A stretch of 29,934 nucleotides of DNA from a virus (lineage: Duplodnaviria > Caudoviricetes). Positions 25,521-29,934 of this stretch are shown here, piece by piece. Position numbers and translations under genes: made by a program. Where the stretch lies: the IMG/VR virus record IMGVR_UViG_3300029179_000022, positions 1 to 29,934 of that record; one strand, 5' to 3'. The stretch's first letter is position 1. Each line of letters opens with the position of its first letter. The notes under the pieces were generated by a model. The model was not told the origin of the DNA and ran no database searches. It saw only the letters and a program-made list of their open reading frames with translations.

Positions 25521-25578
25521 CCCCACAGGTGAACGTCGTGCTTGCACGTGTGGTCAGAAATGATCCTAGCCTGTGGGG
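25521..25578 (+). ncRNA. Putative structured RNA (three-way junction)
   Basis: P1 CCCCACAGG/CCTGTGGGG (9 bp); P2 CGTG-CTTG-CACG; P3 GGTCA-GAAA-TGATC. GC-rich island in an AT-rich intergenic gap. Confidence 0.68.
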
Positions 25579-25602
25579 GCTTTATAAAAAGAGGATAATC
25601 AA

Positions 25603-25941
25603 ATGAACGGACAAATAAGAGCACACGCAATAATTCTAGACTATTCTTCAGCGGTCGGAATAGCGTTCACTAAAATATCCCATGACAACAAATTACTTAT
25701 AATGAAAATCGATGGAGATAGTTATGAGTGGGTTGAGCATGATCCTTTTGCCACTGTCTCTTACACGGTAGTCATTCCTGAATATGCCGCGAAAGAATTA
25801 ACTGAGAAAATTTTAGGCACAGGAATTAAACCAGACCAAGAAGCTAAAAACGAAGGGGAACTAAAAGCTACTAAGAAGCATTTGGAAGATATGCAGAAAT
25901 TAACCTTTAAACTATTAGAGACTAAAGATTCACCAAAATAA
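25603..25941 (+). CDS. Hypothetical protein
   Basis: SD GAGGA; 112 aa with a C-terminal GELKATKKHLEDMQKL helix seen in phage proteins. Confidence 0.75.
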   Translation: MNGQIRAHAIILDYSSAVGIAFTKISHDNKLLIMKIDGDSYEWVEHDPFATVSYTVVIPEYAAKELTEKILGTGIKPDQEAKNEGELKATKKHLEDMQKLTFKLLETKDSPK

Positions 25942-25972
25942 AGGCCATGGTTACACAAATTACGATTATTGC

Positions 25973-26200
25973 GTGAGGTCCCCAGCACAAGATTGGAGTA
26001 GAGGCTTGAAAGAATATAGCAACAAATATCTATATCAAGTCATAAAATTGCTTTGCCAGTGTATATATGAGGATTTACTAGATAGCAATTATGGTAGATT
26101 CTTAGAAGAACAGATACTAGGAGAGTGGCTTGAAAGTGGATCTTCAGAGACGATGATTTTTATTAAAAAGATAAGAGATGAGTATTGGGATAAACAATGA
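25973..26200 (+). CDS. Hypothetical protein
   Basis: GTG start is uncertain; ATGA-coupled to the VRR-NUC gene. Confidence 0.5.
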   Translation: MRSPAQDWSRGLKEYSNKYLYQVIKLLCQCIYEDLLDSNYGRFLEEQILGEWLESGSSETMIFIKKIRDEYWDKQ

Positions 26201-26529
26201 AAGAATCTGATCTTCAAAAATCAATTCTGGAATATTTAGCCCTGCACAAAACATTAGGCTTTTTCTGGCGCAACCAGTCTGTTGGGATATTTGACCCGAC
26301 TAAAAGACTGTATCGAAAGAACAACAGCTTTGGTTCTCTAAATGGAGTCTCGGACTTGCTTGGCATACTCAATAATGGCCGGCTATGCGCCATAGAAGTT
26401 AAAATTAAAGGTGGGAAAGTGAGTGATAATCAAAAGAGATTTATTGACGAGGTTAATAAACGTGGTGGGTTAGCGTTTGTCGCATACTCACTAGATGATG
26501 TAATTGAAAAGATAGGGGGGATAAAGTGA
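26197..26529 (+). CDS. VRR-NUC domain nuclease (PD-(D/E)xK, Holliday-junction-resolvase-like)
   Basis: KESDLQKSI, GVSDL, AIEVK, SDNQKRF and GGLAFVAYSLDDV motifs. Confidence 0.9.
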   Translation: MKESDLQKSILEYLALHKTLGFFWRNQSVGIFDPTKRLYRKNNSFGSLNGVSDLLGILNNGRLCAIEVKIKGGKVSDNQKRFIDEVNKRGGLAFVAYSLDDVIEKIGGIK

Positions 26530-26747
26530 ACAAAATAACAACAAATTACGGTAACCGTGTCTCTGGCCTAGGCATGGTAGCGATGAAAACTACTGCCATG
26601 GAGACTATCGAGGAGAGACGTGTGGCCACTCCTCATCTATTAGCAACTATGATTATGCGGCTGATAGCTCATATTGAACGGTTGGAAAATAGAACGCTAG
26701 ACGATATTGTAGCAAAGCGTAAGTCAATAAAGGCGTCAAGGTCATGA
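26526..26747 (+). CDS. Hypothetical protein
   Basis: GTG start overlapping the upstream gene and ATGA overlap with the downstream gene; G-rich SD. Confidence 0.55.
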   Translation: MNKITTNYGNRVSGLGMVAMKTTAMETIEERRVATPHLLATMIMRLIAHIERLENRTLDDIVAKRKSIKASRS

Positions 26748-27013
26748 GTAAGCTAACAGCACGCTACAAAGAACCTTGGACAAGACTAAGGGCAATAAAC
26801 CATGTCTTAGCAGGATTTGCTGTTTGTCATATATCATGGTTTATGCTCGGATGGCATACGTTTACGGTGTGTGTCGGAATCCCATTTGCTATTGAGCTGT
26901 ATCAGTATTTTATAACAGACAACATGGAGATACACTGGTTTGATCGCACAATGGATGCAGCAGAATGGGTTATTGGTGGGCTATTGGCAATATTAATAGG
27001 GTTAATACAGTAA
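26744..27013 (+). CDS. Small multi-TM membrane protein
   Basis: Three hydrophobic segments with a NHVLAGF...IELYQ...D..EWVIGG pattern (VanZ-like motif spacing). Confidence 0.65.
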   Translation: MSKLTARYKEPWTRLRAINHVLAGFAVCHISWFMLGWHTFTVCVGIPFAIELYQYFITDNMEIHWFDRTMDAAEWVIGGLLAILIGLIQ

Positions 27014-27024
27014 AGGAATTAAAT

Positions 27025-27471
27025 ATGAAGTATCTTCTATTCTTTTTACTTTCTTGCAGTTCAGTTCAACAGATAACCAAAGAGCATTTTAATATATATA
27101 ATTACTCAAATAAAGACATAACAAGCTTTGCCGATTATATTGAAACTTATCGTATAGAGCTTATCCCGCTTTTAATTCAATGCGGTATCGGAGATGGTGG
27201 ATATGATAAAGTTTATCAAATAATTATAAGTGAATCGCTCCCATATGGAGCAGGAGCCTGGTTTGATCCGCCATACACAATCGCTATTAGTGCAGAAACT
27301 GGGAGAATGATTAGTTATTTAGGGCATGAATACGTTAGAGCAGTTCTTTATTGGGATAGTAATGAATTATGGAGTCATCCTTCTAATCAAATAGGGTGGC
27401 AGTCTCAATATTTGGCTTGTGCATGGAACGCCGCAGAGACTGTTTCATTGAATTATAAATCAATTGAATAA
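27025..27471 (+). CDS. Lipoprotein with a degenerate zincin-like motif
   Basis: Start revised to ATG 27025 (AAGGA upstream); short signal MKYLLFFLLS-C; AGAWF...IAIS...YLGHEYVRA. Confidence 0.6.
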   Translation: MKYLLFFLLSCSSVQQITKEHFNIYNYSNKDITSFADYIETYRIELIPLLIQCGIGDGGYDKVYQIIISESLPYGAGAWFDPPYTIAISAETGRMISYLGHEYVRAVLYWDSNELWSHPSNQIGWQSQYLACAWNAAETVSLNYKSIE

Positions 27472-27498
27472 TATTTATTAGGTTATATAATAAAAAAA
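27464..27498 (+). promoter_or_regulatory. Sigma70-type promoter predicted to give a leaderless terS mRNA
   Basis: TTGAAT-16 bp-TATAAT (27486-27491), then 7 A, then ATG 27499; no SD. Confidence 0.6.
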
Positions 27499-27972
27499 AT
27501 GCCAAGAGGAATTCGCAAAAGAAAACCTAGAGAAGGCTCTAATCCTGTAGGAAGACCAAACAAAAGAACTCCAGAAATAGTAAATATATTAATAACGTGT
27601 ATTTCTAAGGGCTTACACGTAAAAACAGCATGTGGTTTAGCAAAGATTGCTGAATCAGTTTTTTATGAGTGGCTTAAAAAAGATGTAAGTTTCCAAAGTC
27701 AAATTAATTATGCTAGGGGCGCGGCTGTTTTAAGGCTTCATGAAAAGGTAGAGCAGCAAGATCCGAAGTTTATTTTAAAGAATTTGGAGCCACATCTTTA
27801 TAGGGATAAGATAGAATACGAAGCTCCTATTGTCCCTATCCAGATAAATTTTGGAATACCTAGACCGGAGCATGAAATAAATGGATCAAGTACAAATAAT
27901 ACAGCATCCCTACAAGCCGAATCCAACCCAGTACCAGTTTCACGCATCAAACAAGAAGTGGAAGGGCTTTAA
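27499..27972 (+). CDS. terS: Terminase small subunit
   Basis: GRPNKRTPE...ACGLAKIAESVFYEWLK HTH; directly upstream of terL and overlapping it. Confidence 0.8.
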   Translation: MPRGIRKRKPREGSNPVGRPNKRTPEIVNILITCISKGLHVKTACGLAKIAESVFYEWLKKDVSFQSQINYARGAAVLRLHEKVEQQDPKFILKNLEPHLYRDKIEYEAPIVPIQINFGIPRPEHEINGSSTNNTASLQAESNPVPVSRIKQEVEGL

Positions 27973-29200
27973 GGGAGCGAAAGGTTCTGGGAAAAGCCGT
28001 GCACTTGTTGAGGAGTGCATTGCTCTTGCTTATGAGTTCCCTGGCAACGTTGGCGTTATTTGTCGCAAAGACTATCCTGCCTTATCTAGAACAACGATGA
28101 AGCTTGCGCTAGAAATTGTCCCGCCGCAAATAAATTTAGGGTTTAATCAGGTACGTCGAGAATTAAAGATTATTTCTAAGGATCATAAAAATCCTTCAAC
28201 TATTTATTTTATTCAAGAAAAAGAGCCAAAAGAGTTTGAATCATTGGAAGTTGGATTTGTTGCAATAGACGAGGCGGATGAGTGCCCTTACGATACATTT
28301 AAAACTCTAAGATCGAGACTAAGAAAAACAGGGCAACCTCTTTATGGTTTGTTGGCTTTTAATCCGCCTAATACACTTCATTGGATACACGATTTTTTTG
28401 TTAAAGAGGCTGATAGTACAAAGCAGCTATTTTCAAATAATACCTATGAAAACATTCATAATTTATCAATAGATTATGTTTCAGAACTTCAGAAAACTTA
28501 TTCAGGGGATGAGCTTAAAAGGTATCTTTACGGAGAGTGGGGAAGTGTTTACACAGAACTTGCAGTTTTTAATAATTGGAGATCTTCTGTTCACATGATG
28601 AAATGCGACTATGTACCTGGGATTCCTGTAATTGTTGGTATTGATTATGGAATGATGGCAGGGGCGCTTGCATGCCAGTTAGTGAATGGACAGCTACGGG
28701 TTTTAGCTGAATTGTCAGAGTTTAATTCAGGCGCAGATATGTTTAGCCCGAGAATAGTGGAAAGATTTGGGCAGATGTTTGGATCTGGTAAGTTTGTCTA
28801 TTTGAGCGACCCTACTTTTATCAGCAATAGATCTAGCGTTGATGCAAGGACTATAAAGCAAGTCAGTAAGGAAGTTGCCGGAATTGATTTAAAGGATGGC
28901 ATAGCTGATTGGATGGAGAGGATGAACTCAGTAAATTTTTTTCTAACCAAGATGTCTCAAGGAGAAGCCAGTTTATTAGTAGATCCTTCTTGTAAAACTC
29001 TCATAGCAGGGTTTGAAGGAGGGTATAAATTTAGAGAAAAAAGCACAAGACGCTTAGCTTCTGACGTAGAGGATTCAGAATATACGGCACTGCATGACTG
29101 TTTGCAGCATGTGGCTTGGTATTGCAAAAGGCAGTCTAGAAGTGTTAATTTTAATTACGCTCCTTTACAACAGGAGGCTTACGATTTTGGAAACTTGTAA
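27881..29200 (+). CDS. terL: Terminase large subunit
   Basis: Q motif (PTQYQFH), Walker A GAKGSGKS, Walker B AIDEADE, FNP coupling motif, RYLYGEW, and nuclease motifs GIDYG, SDP and HDCLQH. Confidence 0.95.
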   Translation: MDQVQIIQHPYKPNPTQYQFHASNKKWKGFKGAKGSGKSRALVEECIALAYEFPGNVGVICRKDYPALSRTTMKLALEIVPPQINLGFNQVRRELKIISKDHKNPSTIYFIQEKEPKEFESLEVGFVAIDEADECPYDTFKTLRSRLRKTGQPLYGLLAFNPPNTLHWIHDFFVKEADSTKQLFSNNTYENIHNLSIDYVSELQKTYSGDELKRYLYGEWGSVYTELAVFNNWRSSVHMMKCDYVPGIPVIVGIDYGMMAGALACQLVNGQLRVLAELSEFNSGADMFSPRIVERFGQMFGSGKFVYLSDPTFISNRSSVDARTIKQVSKEVAGIDLKDGIADWMERMNSVNFFLTKMSQGEASLLVDPSCKTLIAGFEGGYKFREKSTRRLASDVEDSEYTALHDCLQHVAWYCKRQSRSVNFNYAPLQQEAYDFGNL

Positions 29201-29363
29201 AATCTGTGGCAATGTGCTTAAATCTTTTAGTAATAACTTCAAGCTCTGCGCTTGGTGTCTGGCTGAATTTGACGATCAAGATAATAACTCTTATCTAGAG
29301 AGTTATAATTTTGGAGATTATGAAGAAGACGGCAGGCAGTCAAACACCGAAGAAAATGACTGA
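29187..29363 (+). CDS. Small Zn-ribbon protein with acidic tail
   Basis: Start revised to TTG 29187 after AGGAGG; CKICG...CAWC. Confidence 0.5.
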   Translation: METCKICGNVLKSFSNNFKLCAWCLAEFDDQDNNSYLESYNFGDYEEDGRQSNTEEND

Positions 29364-29899
29364 TGAAAATATAGTTCAGAAAATAATCGAATACCGAGAA
29401 GTTTCTAAACGATTCAGACATAAACGCCTTTCAATAAATAGAAACAACTGGGATTGTTATAATCTTCGACAAAACTATCGGCACAAAAGAAAAGGCCAAT
29501 CTAAAGAATTCATTCCTAAGGTTGCTGTAGGTATTGAACATTTAGTAAGTACAATATTTACAGGATTAACCAATAGAAATGATGATTGGTTTTCTGTAAC
29601 TTGGAATGGTGAAAAAGATGAAATATTTGACGCAACTCTTGTAAGAGAGCTCGTTAAGTATTTTGCAAATGAAGCGATGATAAATTCATTTATTGCTAAT
29701 TCTATAAAATATGCCGGTTTAGATGGCATAGTAACGGCAAAAGTTGCCAGTGAGTTTGTTTCTATCCCAAGATTTAGCTATGAAAACGGAAAGCTAAAAG
29801 ACAACAGTAAGTCAAAGCTTAAGAAAAAAGATTTTAAAAGGTTTAAGATATTCCTAGATCTAATCGACTTTATTGATTTTTACGAAGATCCGGCTCCCG
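29320..29899 (+). CDS. Portal protein (P22-like podovirus type), 3'-truncated
   Basis: Follows terL; NWDCY, QSKEFIPKV, WFSV, GIVTAKV and DFYEDP motifs. The apparent stop at 29907 lies inside the primer. Start uncertain (29311, 29320 or later). Confidence 0.85.
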
Positions 29900-29934
29900 G
29901 ATCGTGACTGGGAAACAGATCGGAAGAGCACACG
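29900..29934. other. Library artefact: reverse-complement amplification primer plus Illumina TruSeq adapter
   Basis: GATCGTGACTGGGAAAC (29900-29916) followed by AGATCGGAAGAGCACACG (29917-29934). Confidence 0.98.

Noticed and set aside
25521-25578. tRNA, hammerhead ribozyme or intrinsic terminator
   Set aside because: Only two internal arms, no T-loop or anticodon arm, no CUGAUGA core and no U-tract.
1-29916. Terminal inverted repeats suggesting a linear, protein-primed or transposon-like genome
   Set aside because: They are the amplification primer, adjoin an Illumina adapter and interrupt genes.
1-29934. Alternative genetic code or stop-codon reassignment
   Set aside because: Genes tile densely under the standard code, with TAA, TAG and TGA all used as stops and no fragmented core genes.

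Overview
Near-complete genome (about 30 kb, AT-rich) of a podovirus-like tailed phage, almost entirely on the + strand. Both ends are library artefacts: random-amplification primer GTTTCCCAGTCACGATC at both ends plus an Illumina adapter. The contig starts inside the major capsid gene and ends inside the portal gene, so probably only the portal 3' part, scaffold and capsid 5' part are missing. Gene order: N4-gp56-like capsid, small head proteins, adaptor and nozzle, lectin-domain tail fibre, GNAT, three ejection proteins, then lysis genes (holin-like genes, M15A endolysin and overlapping spanins, implying a diderm host). A short minus-strand operon led by an unannotated ribbon-helix-helix gene follows, divergent from a lambda-O-like initiator and loader pair. 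Next are an Xis-like HTH, an AAA_24/Sak4-like ATPase, an SNF2 helicase-DNA methyltransferase fusion, a mosaic accessory region, VRR-NUC, terS, terL and portal. No integrase, DNA polymerase, tRNA or CRISPR array was seen. The best candidate for a new system is at 24676-25580: a predicted Sm/SH3-like protein, two coupled paralogous peptides with a conserved leader and a Ser-X repeat core, and a three-way-junction RNA with CUUG and GAAA tetraloops. All family assignments come from motifs recognised by eye, not from database searches.
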